From Leucoraja ocellata (lineage: Eukaryota), in NCBI GenBank assembly GCA_036785375.1, contig JAWMAR010000101.1, forward strand, positions 1,736,001-1,800,000: a stretch of 64,000 nt of DNA. The letters are read 5' to 3'. Of the stretch, positions 1 through 12,477 are shown one piece after another; the first letter of the stretch is position 1; each line of letters begins with the position of its first letter. The notes under the pieces are model-generated. The model was not told the origin of the DNA and did no database searches. It saw only the letters and a program-made list of their open reading frames with translations. The position numbers and the translations under genes are program-made.

Positions 1-99
1 CACTCAACTCTTGTACGGAATGGTTTTGATACTGGCATTCCTACTTTACAAAATGGAATGCAAAGGAACAGCAGTTGCCGGTTTATGCCACAGATTGGA

Positions 100-260
100 C
101 TGGACTAACTCAGCGGATCAGGTAGTATACCTGGAGAAAATGGAAAGGTGATGTTTCGGGTCAGTGTCTGCAAAAGGGTCCTGACTTGCAAAGTTAACTA
201 TTCGTTTTCTCCAGAGATGCTGCCTGACCTGCTGAGTTACTCCAGCATTTTGTGTTTCTT
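100..260. mobile_element. Degenerate inverted pLTR dimer
   Basis: TAACTCAGC...GTTTCGGGTC followed by its inverse ...CTCCAGAGATGCTGCC...GAGTTACTCCAGCATTTTGTGT. Confidence 0.75.
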
Positions 261-464
261 CTGGCTTTACAGTTGTCTGTTTATTTCAGTCATGGTGAAC
301 TTCTATAATTTTGTCATTAATATACCCAGATATTTTTGTCACTGAGCAATGAATTTCCTCTCAAACATTTTACTGGGCCAAAAATCAGTAAAAGGAATGC
401 ACAAAGGCAAAACATCTCTAAAACCATGATATTAAATGGACAAATGCATTTTTGTTTTGCTTAC

Positions 465-920
465 ATTTCATCACTGCTTGTATTTCATAGACAGGCAGTA
501 GACACACATCACTTTGGAGATACTCATTGTAAGGATTTTCCTCCAAGGTAGCCAATGTTTTCATAAGCTTCACAACTCGTCTTCTGTGCTTGGAGATCTT
601 CCATGTTACAATCTCTTTTAGTGTATAAAACTGGTCATCTTCACATTCATAAAATGTTCCCTCGTACGATAGTGGAATTCTTAATGGTTTGCTTCTGTTA
701 CCTTTGATAACTGTACAGTTCACATGATCCACACCATCCACCTCTGCCAGAGTGTTCAGCACTATATGTTCTCCTTCTTTTATGAAGATGTCATTCACCT
801 GAATATCTGCATTGCTCCTGAAATGAGGATGACCGAGGCGGTTATCTCCAATTTTCACTGTTTTCATGATGTCACGAATACTAGTATATGGGCATGGATC
901 AACAAGAAGCTTGAAGAAAC
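465..920 (-). CDS. THEMIS: THEMIS coding exon 3 (456 nt; CABIT1 core, GFFKLLVDPCPY...PVYEIQAVMK)
   Basis: Acceptor ttttcatcag| at 921, donor AAAT|gtaagc at 464. Contains RLGHP, VNC...LRIPLSYEGTFYECEDD and YTLKEIVTWKI, typical of THEMIS1 rather than THEMIS2. Later exons lie left of the window. Confidence 0.95.
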
Positions 921-2231
921 CTGATGAAAATAAAATCAGAAGTTAGGTGATATTCTTCCTGTCAAAAAAACTGTATACAAGTCATGCTTTAATTTTTCGT
1001 TAGGATTTATAATTTAGCTGCAGATAACATATATTAAATATTCCGACAATTACAAAATCGATGGCTTCTCCAAATATTTACTGGTACTGAAATTTCCACT
1101 TAAACGCAGTACAGATCAATAAAACTGGCAAGGGAAGCTGGAGGAAAAGTTAATGATTGGTGCACTATAGACCAAAGGTGTACCTATTTTATCATTTGTT
1201 AACGTCGAAAATAACTTTTAAATCACTGATGTTGTAGTGAGATTAATGGTGATGAGTCTTTTAATTTCTTGAACACACACACACATATGTGAAGTGCAGA
1301 AATCAGAAGTTGCAATTGTTTATTTCCTGGTCCTCCACTAGGGAATGCTGTTTGTCTACTTTCCCTGCATATCTATAGTGCTCCATGAGCATCAATGGGT
1401 ATAATGCTTTCATTGATTATCAACATTAAACAGCTATTTTATTGCTTATTTAGCACAAGCAGATGAGGACAAATTATTATCCCCAGGTATTTGCAGATTA
1501 TTCTCACTGTAAAATGAGCCCCTAAAAATTATTTTTTCATGTGACATGCAATAGACTTTATAATACTGTGCACCACATTATAAATCACACTCTTGAATAT
1601 AACAAAATAATTAATGTATTATCATTCTTTTGTGTACATATTTCAGAAGTACAGAAATGTTGAAATGATTCATTTTACTTTCATTAATGTGAATGTATAC
1701 ACCAAGTTCTCATTTTCATGAAGGGCAGGGACAGAATTCAGAAAAGAATCTGAAAAAAATCAAACTAATGGTCCTGAAATTTCAAGAACCACGATAGATG
1801 CTGAAACTTTATGGAGCCTTCCCATGGATAAACAGAGATTTTACCAAGGCCACTGGCAAAGCCACCAAAACCTGCAAGAACATAGGAGAGACACAACCCT
1901 ACATGGATAAAATAACAAGTCGTGCAAGTTTGAGCTTGTACATATATCCACCCATATTCCTGAGGCCTGATCCCAACCCCAACCTTAGCTCCAGCCACAC
2001 ACAGAAGCCAAACTCCAGACCCCAGCTTCAGACGCAAATCTACCCACATTCCAGACCATCCACTATTCCCAACCCCAGCCTCGCAACTTCATAAGTTCAT
2101 GTGATAGGCCATTCAGCCCATCGAGTCTACTGCCTTCAACAACAATTTCTACGTTTCTAGCAGCTTAAGCAAACTGAAACATCCAAAGGCTCTTTCCAGT
2201 AATGTTACCATAAATGGACAAAAGCACTTAT

Positions 2232-3056
2232 TAGAAACATAGAAACATAGAAATTAGGTGCAGGAGTAGGCCATTCGGCCCTTCGAGCCTGCACCACCAT
2301 TCAATATGATCATGGCTGATCATCCAACTCAGTATCCCGTACCTGCCTTCTCTCCATACCCCCTGATCCCCTTAGCCACAAGGGCCACATCTAACTCCCT
2401 CTTAAATATAGCCAATGAACTGGCCTCAACTACCCTCTGTGGCAGAGAGTTCCAGAGATTCACCACTCTCTGTGTGAAAAAAGTTCTTCTCATCTCGGTT
2501 TTAAAGGATTTCCCCCTTATCCTTAAGCTGTGACCCCTTGTCCTGGACTTCCCCAACATCGGGAACAATCTTCCTGCATCTAGCCTGTCCAACCCCTTAA
2601 GAATTTTGTAAGTTTCTATAAGGTCCCCTCTCAATCTCCTAAATTCTAGAGAGTATAAACCAAGTCTATCCAGTCTTTCTTCATAAGACAGTCCTGACAT
2701 CCCAGGAATCAGTCTGGAGAACCGTCTCTGCACTCCCTCTATGGCGATAATGTCCTTCCTCAGATTTGGAGACCAAAACTGTATGCAATACTCCAGGTGT
2801 GGTCTCACCAAGACCCTGTACAACTGCAGTAGAACCTCCCTGCTCCTATACTCAAATCCTTTTGCAATGAAAGCTAACATACCATTCGCTTTCTTTACTG
2901 CCTGCTGCACCTGCATGCCTACCTTCAATGACTGGTGTACCATGACACCCAGGTCTCGCTGCATCTCCCCCTTTCCCAATCGGCCACCATTTAGATAATA
3001 GTCTGCTTTCCCGTTTTTGCCACCAAAATGGATAACCTCACATTTATCCACATTTT
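2232..3056 (-). mobile_element. CR1-clade LINE, 5'-truncated (RT C-terminus plus 3' UTR)
   Basis: ORF 2329..3051 contains LVRPHLEYC.QFWSP and RRLRGDLIE. The (TTTCTATG)n tail appears as AGAAACAT repeats. Confidence 0.95.
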
Positions 3057-3452
3057 ACTGCATTTTAATCACATTATTGGGGCAGATGATGAAATAATTT
3101 GTGAAACAAAATGGAAATGGAGGGTTTTAGAGAGGGAATTGCACCATGTTAAAGTCTCAGCAGCTGAAGGCACAGCTGCCAATAATGGTGTGATTAAAAT
3201 CAGCAATTGCAAGAGGATGTCTGGATGAGTGATGATATCTTAAGGGGTTGTAGGCAGGAAGAGGTTATAGATATAGGAAGGGTTTAGAGTTACCCAGAGA
3301 ACAAAGGTGACAATTGTATACTTTTCTTAACCGGAAGCCAATGTAGGTCAGTGTGCAGATGGGTAAGGGCGAACATGACTTAAAGTTGGTTGGGAAACAA
3401 CTGCAATTTTTTAGATTAACTTAAATAATGTATGATTGATATATAAACATAC

Positions 3453-3611
3453 CTGGATAATCCAATGGTAACTCCATTGCAGGTGAGGAATTACTCCCTT
3501 CAATTAATTCACATCTCCCCACTTTAACTTTCACGATTTGGAATCCAGTGACCTTAATGATTTCTCCTGTAGACAGGCAACACTCTTGTCCATGCATTTC
3601 ATATACAGAAC
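3453..3611 (-). CDS. THEMIS: THEMIS coding exon 2 (159 nt; GSVYEMHGQECCLSTGEIIKVTG...MELPLDYPG)
   Basis: Lies inside ORF 3421..3630. Acceptor tttcctcag| at 3612, donor CCAG|gtatgt at 3452, phase 1-1. Matches recalled [29 protein letters not shown]...FELPMNFPG. Confidence 0.95.
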
Positions 3612-4191
3612 CTGAGGAAAAATTTTTCAAATAGTTTCAAACTATATCTGGAATGATCTTTTTTGCATACATATTTAATGTGAATAGCTTAAGGAATAAA
3701 TAGATATTTTAACGAATATGAAATCAAGATATGGAATTTGTGTACATATTAATGTTTCTAAAGATCAAAATGCTGCCATTAAATCACAGGTAGATACTAA
3801 TAAATAGAAATTAAAAGTTGGTGCAATAATAAGTCTAAAGCACTATTAAGGTAAAAAAGATCAGAGATGATGGATGAACAGAACCTTTTGTAAATCAGGT
3901 GAAAGAAAGCAGAGTTTTGTATGAGCTCAAGTTAATGGAGGATAAAATGAGTACACTGGAACAGGCAATCTCTCATGTTTCAGACACTTGGGTTACAGAA
4001 ATTAATGTTTACAGAATTCACAAATTGAATTCAAAATTTGACAAATAGAATAAAGTTTGCACACATAATTTGTGTGGAAGAAAGTAAATAAATCAACACA
4101 ATCTTTTTTCTTCTATTCACATTTCTTTACACAACACCAAAGTGGCAAGATTTGACTGTATCTGGTTAGCATTATCCCACAAATTCATTAT

Positions 4192-4495
4192 AATAGAAAC
4201 ATAGAAAATAGGTGCAGGAGTAGGCCATTTTACCCTTCAATATGATCATGGCTGATCATCCAAATTCAGTACCCCATGTCTGCTTTTTCCACATATCCCT
4301 TGATTCCTTTAGCCCTAAGAGCTAAATTGAACTCTCACTTGAATACATTCAGTGAATTGGCCTCCACTGCCTTTCGTGGCAGAGAATTCCAGATTCACAA
4401 CTCTGGGAGAAAGCTTTTCATGCCCTAAATGACATATCCCTTATTCGTATGTTCTAATATTCTTGGTCCAAACATTCAGGAATATTTCCTGCACT
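4192..4495 (-). mobile_element. CR1 3' fragment (degenerate)
   Basis: Same AGAAACATAGAAAATAGGTGCAGGAGTAGGCC terminus as the other copies. Confidence 0.85.
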
Positions 4496-6329
4496 TTAAA
4501 AAGGACACCTACTTGGTTGGGTTGCACATTATTATGCTGGAAACCTGGTATGAAACCAGTTCTTCCCAGGTGCTCCAAGACATATGGAACAAATTATCAT
4601 TGACGCAGAGGCAGCCGGTGAGGGCCGACACGACCCTCAATGTGGGGTCAATTGATTGACTCCGGGGAGCGCCAACACAGTTCCCCAACATGGGATCAAT
4701 TGAATGTCTCCTGGGAGCGCCGACACTGCCCCCCACGTGTGGCCAATTGATTGGCTCCGGGGAGCGCCGACAGGGTAGGGAAAGGAAAGGGGGAAAGAGG
4801 TGAGGGAGGGAGTTGGGGAGGAGAGGAGAAATGTTATTTAAACATTGAGTTTAGTGGGGGAGTGGGATAGGTGAGGAGTGGGGGAGCTGGGAGATAGATG
4901 GAGAGGAGGAGGGTAGGGATGGGAAAGAGGTTATGGAGGGAGGGAGGGAGTGACTGAGGGTAGGCAAAAGGAGAGGGAGAGTCCCATGAGGTGAGGAGTG
5001 GGGGAGCAGGGAGATAGATGGAGAGGAGAGGGGTAGGGAGGGGAGAGGGGTTATGGAGGAAGGGAGGGAGTGACAGGGTAGGAGAAAGGAGAGGCAGGGA
5101 GAGGTGAGGGAGGGAGTGGGTGAGGGTAGGAGGAGAGGGGAAAGAAGAGGGAGGGTGAAGAGGAGGGGGGAGGATTGCTGGGGATAGGAGAAATGAGCCG
5201 TGACTGAGGGTAGGGGGAAAAGAGAGGGAGGGAGAGTTCTAGGAGGGAGTGGGTGAGCGTAGAATGAAAGGGGAAGGAAGAGGGAGGGTGACGAGGAGGG
5301 GGAGGGAGTGCTGAGGGATGAGGGAAAACGAGCCACACTTGCGCAGTTGCGGGCCATGGGTGAGTGGTGGAATATTGCGTTGGTGGAACGGGGCCCACTT
5401 GGTCTAGTATCTATCTATATACTTATAAAACTCTCATTTGTCCTCTTCCGTTTTGCGTTGTTTTTAAATTTGCGCAAAATGGTACCGGATAGCGCTACGA
5501 TTTTCGCCACCTTACTCGCCATTTTCCTGTGCTGCAAGTACATCAAGTTTTATTCTGATCGGTGAAATGTTTCAAAAGTTATTCGTTTGTCATTTGCCGG
5601 GTCGGCAACGCCCCTTCCGGCATCCGCTGCCAATCACCAGTGGCGAGAATAAAGCTGAAGGAGAGGAGTGAGCAGAGTGTGGGCTGTGTTCGCGGGCGGG
5701 GGTGGCGGCCACCATGACGAGCTGCGAGTAGATGAGTGCGACAGGGATGGGAGCCGCTGAGCCCACACACACCCATTTCCCCCATCCCCCCTCCCACACA
5801 CCACCCCCTCACCCCCCCTCACCCCCCATCACACTCCCCCTCCCACACCCCCCCACCACTCCCCCAACCACACACTCCCCCTCCCTCACCCCCCTCCTAC
5901 CACACACACACCCCCCATCCCTCACAACTCCCCTCCCCCACACCCCCTCTCCTCCACACCCACTCTCCCCCATACCATGGTGGAATATTGCATTGGGGAA
6001 TGGGTTGCGTTGGGGGACCAGGCCTCCCATGTGACTGGGACCCAACGGGTCCCACTTAGTCTAGTATTTATATATATAACTAAAAGTGTCATCTTTGCAC
6101 TGTGCTTTGATTCACTCCCCTGTCAATCACCGCCATGAAAGCCACGGCCCTTCCGGTGGGAGGGGGAGGGACTATAAAACCAGGAAGTGTGGGCGTGGCT
6201 CAGTCTGTCTGCAAGATGGTGAGGGAGAGGTCACAACTCTGTCTGAGCTGGGAAACTACAGAACACTGTGAGTATGCAATATACTTGAATGATTTATTAG
6301 CCCTTAATGAAAATGAAATGAGTTGTTTG

Positions 6330-6720
6330 GCCTGCCCTGTGTTTGAAACTGCAATGGCAATGGAAATGAAGTGAAAATGCAATGAGCTGTTTGGCTTGGG
6401 CCTGCCCTGTGCTTGAAAGTGCAGTGGCAATGGAAATGAAGTGAAAATGCAATCAGCTGTTTGGCTTGAGCCTGCCCTGTGCTTGAAAGTGCAATGGCAA
6501 TGGAAATAAAGTGAAAATGCAATCAGCTGTTTGGCATGAGCCTGCCTTGTGCTTGAAAGTGCAATGGCAATGGAAGTGAAGTGAAAATGCAATCTGTTTG
6601 GCTTGGCCTGCCCTGTGGTTGTACTGCAATGGCAATGGAAGTGAAATGAAAATGCAATGAGCTATTCGGCCTGCCCTGTGCTTGAAACTGCAATACAATA
6701 GGAAATTAAAATGAGTTGTT
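6330..6720. repeat. 70-bp minisatellite (~5.5 units) inside a Helitron
   Basis: GTGAAAATGC recurs at 6371, 6441, 6511 and 6581. Confidence 0.95.
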
Positions 6721-7150
6721 TGGCCTGCCTGAAACCACTAATTTCGGCCTACAAGACCCCTATTAGCCAAGAAACCAGTCCCTTTTGTCAAAATGCCCGT
6801 ATTAGCCCAGGAGGAGCATTTTGGCCGAAAAGGCCCGTGCCAAGCCAGGAAAAGTCCAGAAAAAATGCCTTTCACTGAGGTTTCACAGATTTATTTTTAG
6901 TCCCTTCAGCCCTTCAGGCCTGTACTAGCCAAGGATTCTCTTCAGCCCATCAGCAAGTATTAAACCTCTCCCCAGTATTTTTCTCCCTCCCTTCATTTGC
7001 TCCCATGTGAGATCCAGACCAGGATAAACTTTCCTCCTTCATTGCTGTGATCTGCAGAAAAAGATGAAAAATGTCTAAAATTGATTCTCCATCCTCTCCC
7101 CCTTCTCTCTCACAGTCTCTCACCTGTTTGGGCAGAATTTCTGGCAGTTT

Positions 7151-7376
7151 CTGAGCTGCCAGCCCACCAGGCCTGAGTAACTGAGCTGCCAGCCCACCAG
7201 GCCTGAGTAACTGAGCTGCCAGCCCACCAGGCCTGAGTAACTGAGCTGCCAGCCCACCAGGCCTGAGTAACTGAGCTGCCAGCCCACCAGGCCTGAGTAA
7301 CTGACCTGCCAGCCCACCAGGCCTGAGTAACTGACCTGCCAGCCCACCAGGCCTGACTGATTGAGCTGCCAGCCCA
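7151..7376. repeat. 30-bp minisatellite (~7.5 units) inside a Helitron
   Basis: (CTGAGCTGCCAGCCCACCAGGCCTGAGTAA)n, with no spacers. Confidence 0.97.
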
Positions 7377-8651
7377 AGAATCCATTTGGCCCACAATGTC
7401 CATAATAGCCCTCTGGAAACCAGTCCTTTCAGCCCACAACACCCAAACTAGTGCTCCAGAAAGCCCCTCCCCCCACTGGCCAGCAATATTGGAATTTGTG
7501 AAGAAATGGAATATTGCGTTAGGGGTCCAGACCTCCCATGTGAACATGGGACCCAACGGGGTCCCACTTAGCCTAGTATATTACTAAAACTCTCATCTTG
7601 TTTGTTATTATGTCTGTGATTCTATTCCTGAAATTATGCCAAAACAATGCATGACAGCGCTACAATTTGTGCCCCACCATATTCACCATTGTCCTGTGGT
7701 GTGCATTAGCCATGTTTTGTTCAGATTGATGGTATATTTTACAAGTTATTCACATTTTAAGCCTTAAAATTTTCACTTTACACTTTAAAAAATCCAATTC
7801 CACTTGCCCTGCCCGTTACAATGTGACGAAATGATAGGACTCCCAGTGTAATGAGAGATTTGTTACATTGTTGTAAGGAGAGGGAGGGAGTGGGGGAGGG
7901 GAGGAGGAGAGAGCGAGGATTATTGTTTAATGTTATTTAAACATTGTGTTAAGTGGGATATGGAGGAGGTGAGGAGTGGGGGAGCAGGGAGATAGATGGA
8001 GAGGAGAGGCGTTATGGAGGGATAATCATAATCATATTTTATTAGCCAAGTATGTTTTGCACCATGCGAGGAATTTGATTTGCCATACAGTCATATCAAT
8101 AAAGAGCAACAAGACACCCAAATACATTTTTAACATGACCATCCACCACAGCAACTCCTCCACATTCCTCACTGTGATGGAAGGCACTAAAAGGTCAATC
8201 CTCTTCCCTTCTTTTTGTATGCATACACATGTCTGCGGGAACGTCTATGTGCCAACATCAACAAAAGTTTGCAGACTGTTTAAAATAATTAGAAATCTCC
8301 ATGTTGCACAACCTTAGATCTTTCATGAATATTAAAATTAGCCACAGGTATTCCCTTTTCACGTACAGAATGTTAGTCTTGAAAGAATTGTAATGGAGTC
8401 TCCAAATTTTTCAGAGGAGCTGTCACCAAGAAAAATAGTTAATGAAATCACTAACATGAATTTGGAGGCTACCTGGATTTTGATTGATTTTTTCATTTCT
8501 TACTGAGTTTTCTACATATTGCAATTGATTCATTTTTGCTTCTTTCATGTGACAAAACATGGATGTGGATCCAAACAAGGTTGGAGTTTGTAACTAAATT
8601 GTGCAGTTTGTCACAAAAACAGCATAAAGCCAATTTGAATGGCCTGTTGAT

Positions 8652-10580
8652 TGAAACATAGAAAATAGGTGCAGGAGTAGGCCATTCGGCCCTTCGAGCT
8701 TGCACCGCTATTCAATATGATCATGGCTGATTATCCAACTCAGTATCCTGTACCTGCCTTCTCTCCATACCCCCTGATCCATTTGGCCACAAGGGCCACA
8801 TCTAACTCCCTCTTAAATATAGCCAATTAACTGACCTCAGCTACCATCTGTGGCAGAGAATTCCACAGATTCACCACTCTCTGTGTGAAAAATGATTTTC
8901 TCATCTTGGTCCTAAAAGACTTCCCCCTTATCCTTAAAGTGTGACCCCGTGTTCTGGACTTCCCCAACATCGGGAACAATCTTCCTGCATCTAGCCTGTA
9001 CAACCCCTTAAGAATTTTGTAAGTTTCTATAAGATCCCCCCCTTAATCTTCTAAATTCTAACGAGTACAAGCCGAGTCTTTCCAGTCTTTCTTCATATGA
9101 AAGTCCTGCCATCCCAGGAATCAGTCTGGTGAACCTTATCTGTACTCCCTCTATGGCAAGAATGCCTTTCCTCAGATTAGAAGACCAAAACTGTGCACGA
9201 TACTCCAGGTGTGGTCTCACCAAGGCCCTGGTCAACTGCAGCAGAACCTCCCAGCTCCTATACTCCAATCCTTTCGCTATGAATGCTAACATACCATCCG
9301 CATTCTTCACTGCCTGCTGCAACTACATGCCTACTTTCAATGACTGGGTGTACCATGACACCCAGGTCTCATTGCATCTCCCCTTTTCCTAATCGGCCGC
9401 CGATTATAATTCGGATAATAGTCTACTTTCCTGTTCTTGCCACCAAAGTGGATAACCTCACATTTATCCACGTTATACTACATCTGCCATACATTTGCCC
9501 ACTCACCCAATCTATCCAAGTCACCTTGCAGCCTCCTAGCATCCTCCTCACAGCAAACACTGCCCCCAAGCTTCATGTCATCCGCAAACTTGGAGATGTT
9601 GCATTCAATTCCCTCGTCCAAATCATTAATATATATTGTAAATAGCTGGGGTCCCAGCACTGAGCCTTGCTAGTCACTGCCTGCCATTGTGAAAAGGACC
9701 CGTTTACTCCTACTCTTTCCTTCCTGTCTGCCAGCCAGTTCTCTATCCACATCAATACTGAACCCCCAATACCGTGTGCTTTAAGTTTGTATACTAATCT
9801 CTTATGTGGGACCTTGTCGAAAGCCTTCTGGAAGTCCAGATATAACACATTCACTGGTTCTCCCTTATCCACTCTACTAGTTACATCCTCGAAAAATTTT
9901 ATAAGATTCGTCTGACATGATTTACCTTTCATAAATCCATGCTGACTTTGTGCAATGATTTCACCACTTTCCAAATGTGCTGCTATCCCATCTTTAATAA
10001 CTGACTCTAGCATTTTCCCCACTACCGATGTTAGACTAACTGGTCTGTAATTCCCCATTTTCTCTCTCCCTCCCTTTTTAAAAAGTGGGGTTACATTAGC
10101 TACCCACCAATCCTCAGGAACTACTCCAGAATCTAAAGAGTTTTGAAAATTTTCCATGGATGCATCCACTATTTCTGGGGCTACTTCCTTAAGCACTCTG
10201 GGATGCAGCCTATCTGGCCCTGGGGATTTATCGGCCTTTAATCCATTCAATTTACCTAACACCGCTATTTAAGAGGGAACTGCAGATGCTGGAGAATCGA
10301 AGGTTACACATTTGGAAAGTGGTGAAATCATTGCACAAAGTCTGAAGAAGGGTTTCGGCCCGAAACGTTGCCTATTTCCTTCGCTCCATAGATGCTGCTG
10401 CACCTGCTGAGTTTCTCCAGCTTTTTTGTGTAACCTACCTAACACCACTTCCTGACTAACCTGGATTTCACTCAGTTCCTCCATCTCATTTGACCCCCGG
10501 TCCCCTGCTATTTCCGTCAGATTATTTATGTCTTCCTTAGTGAAGACGGAACCAAAGTAGTTATTCAATTGGTCTGCCAC
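8652..10580 (-). mobile_element. CR1 LINE, 5'-truncated, frameshifted RT, interrupted by a Penelope-like insert
   Basis: ORFs 10269..10580, 9573..10262, 9478..9660 and 9008..9322 carry KSPGPD, NYRPVSLTS, LDFQKAFDKV and KFADD; the 3' tail is present. Confidence 0.95.
10264..10435. mobile_element. Penelope-like pLTR insert with hammerhead-like core, inside CR1
   Basis: Reverse pLTR end, 36-nt filler, then a forward pLTR (CTGAAGA...GAAACGTT at 10342-10369). Flanked by TACCTAACACC at 10253-10263 and 10436-10446. Confidence 0.85.
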
Positions 10581-11799
10581 GTGTTTGTAACTTAGGATAG
10601 AAAAAAAGTACTGGCTTTAGCAGCAATACCCATTTCCTGGAAGGTATATAAAAGCACAGCTTTAAATATTTATGATTAATTTGAATCAACGGCGCACAGT
10701 TGCAGCGTAACATAATTATAATATGTGATCAAATTGATTCTTGACAAAGGGATTTGATGTAGGAACAAGTAGGATAAGCTGAATAACATAGTCTTATTCT
10801 TATATTTTTATTGATAAGTGCCTTTTTCCAAAGGATTTCTTATCTAATTTATTCATTAGCTTTTTTCATTTCATAAGTACAGCCCATCTATCATTTTTAA
10901 GATTTTCAATTGCATCGCTTATCTCAGTTAATAATGCTGTTTGATCTCGTGCTCTGATATAATGATGTAGACTACTGCCATCCAAAAATAAAGGAATTAA
11001 TTTATATTCTGTTTTTCATTTTCGTGTTTATTCTATTAACCGTTTTGATATATAATTCCTCCGTCAAGTACATCTCAATTTAACCACAGGCAAAGTATGG
11101 AGGAACTCAGTGGGTTAGGCAGCAATTGGGGAGGTAATGTTTTGGTTTGTGACCCTTCTGCCATAGGTCTAGCATCTGCTGTTCCTTGTGTCCCTTTTGC
11201 AAATCCCAATATTAGTATCCACAATTCCACTGTATTTATTGGAGTTTTATTTCGCAGAATTTTGGGTTAATTTATCAACTCTAAATTCAAACAATGGAAA
11301 AATATTCAAGAGAAGATATGACTTGGCATCACAGACCATTTTCATTTCTGTCCGCAGTTTCATTATGTTTCTGAGAAACACCTCGGGATATTTAATTACT
11401 TTGTAAATGTATGTTTTTGTATTTCATTTTCTTTTGGTGGATAAAACTGGTGGGTGCAAACATTAAAGGGCATCAATTAGAAAAATCCATGGCTTCCCCT
11501 TCTGCAATGTGGTGCTTCAAATGGGTTGCTACTTTTCCCAAGTTAAACCCAACAAGGGAACAAAGGAATTCAGCACGTGTCCAATTTCAAAGTGATGGTA
11601 ACAAATGCCCCACAGGAAACATCTATACTGTGCAAATCCTCAAACTTTAACTGTGTATGACACCTGTTTTGCACCAAGAGAGTCCTTAAATAATGTTGGT
11701 GAGCTGACAGGTCATTAGGGAACAACCACTCTGGAACAGTGTTTCTTATATTGTGCGGGTAACATTGCAATACAGGTGACATTTCAGGAGTGTTAAGTT

Positions 11800-12250
11800 T
11801 CTGGAAACATTATATATAGTGGGAGAGTTGAGGAGGGAGAGTGGGGGTTGGATAGGAGGGAGGTGAGGAGTGGGGGAGCAGGGAGATAGAGGGAGGGGAG
11901 TAGGGAGGAGAGAGGGGTTATGAAGGGAGGGAGGAAGTGACTGAGGGTAGGGAAAAGGAGAGGGAGGTAGAGGTGAGGGTGGCAGTGGGGGAGGAGGAAA
12001 GGGGAAATAAGAGGGAGGGTAAAGAGGAGGGGGAAGGAGTGCTGCGGGATGAGGGGGAATGGAGGAGGATAGGGGTAGGAAGAGGGATGGCGAGGCGCAG
12101 TTGGTGGAGGGTTGCCGTGAATCTCGCCACAACGGGGATCTCTGGTGTCACAAGGGGAACCCGTCAGCTGCGCCTGCGCAGTTGGTGGCTATGGGTCAGT
12201 GGTGGAATATAGCCTTGGCAGATGGGCCCAACGGGTCCGCAATGGTCTAG
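11800..12250 (+). mobile_element. Non-autonomous Helitron-like 3' part
   Basis: Same GGTGGAATAT..GGGCCCAACGGGTCC..GGTCTAG|T terminus and purine-rich body. Confidence 0.7.
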
Positions 12251-12477
12251 TTGTTTATCTATATTACTAATTTAATTCCATGCGAGTAATTTAATTTTTT
12301 GGTTGAAAAGAGATTACAATGGATATTTATTTTGCTCAGTCAGGATGTTTATGGAATTCATGGACTAGTTACAAAATCGGCTTCATTTTCACTGATGAAA
12401 TATACTACTATCAAATTGTTGTAACTAAAGGTGCACAATCTCTGAAGTGTAATAAAGAGGAACTAGACTCCATTCAG

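Larger units (their letters stand above)
4600..8020 (+). mobile_element. Head-to-tail cluster of four non-autonomous Helitron-like elements
   Basis: CTAG ends at 5404-5407, 6061-6064 and 7573-7576. The latter two are preceded by the hairpin GGGACCC-AAC-GGGTCCC (6037-6053; one extra G in the third), which is degenerate in the first. Each end is followed at once by a TCTAT../TATATTACTAAAACTCTC-type 5' end. Confidence 0.75.

Noticed and set aside
4851-6059. Pro/Ser/Leu- or Gly-rich ORFs (also 11746-12250, 22898-23205, 25838-26473, 58589-59247)
   Set aside because: These are translations of low-complexity purine/pyrimidine tracts inside non-autonomous transposons, with no domain signal or splice support.
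7151-7376. 30-bp repeats as a CRISPR array or repeat protein (LLRPGGLAAQ)n
   Set aside because: The units are contiguous with no unique spacers, there are no cas genes, and the context is vertebrate. ORFs are open in several frames only because the unit length is a multiple of 3.
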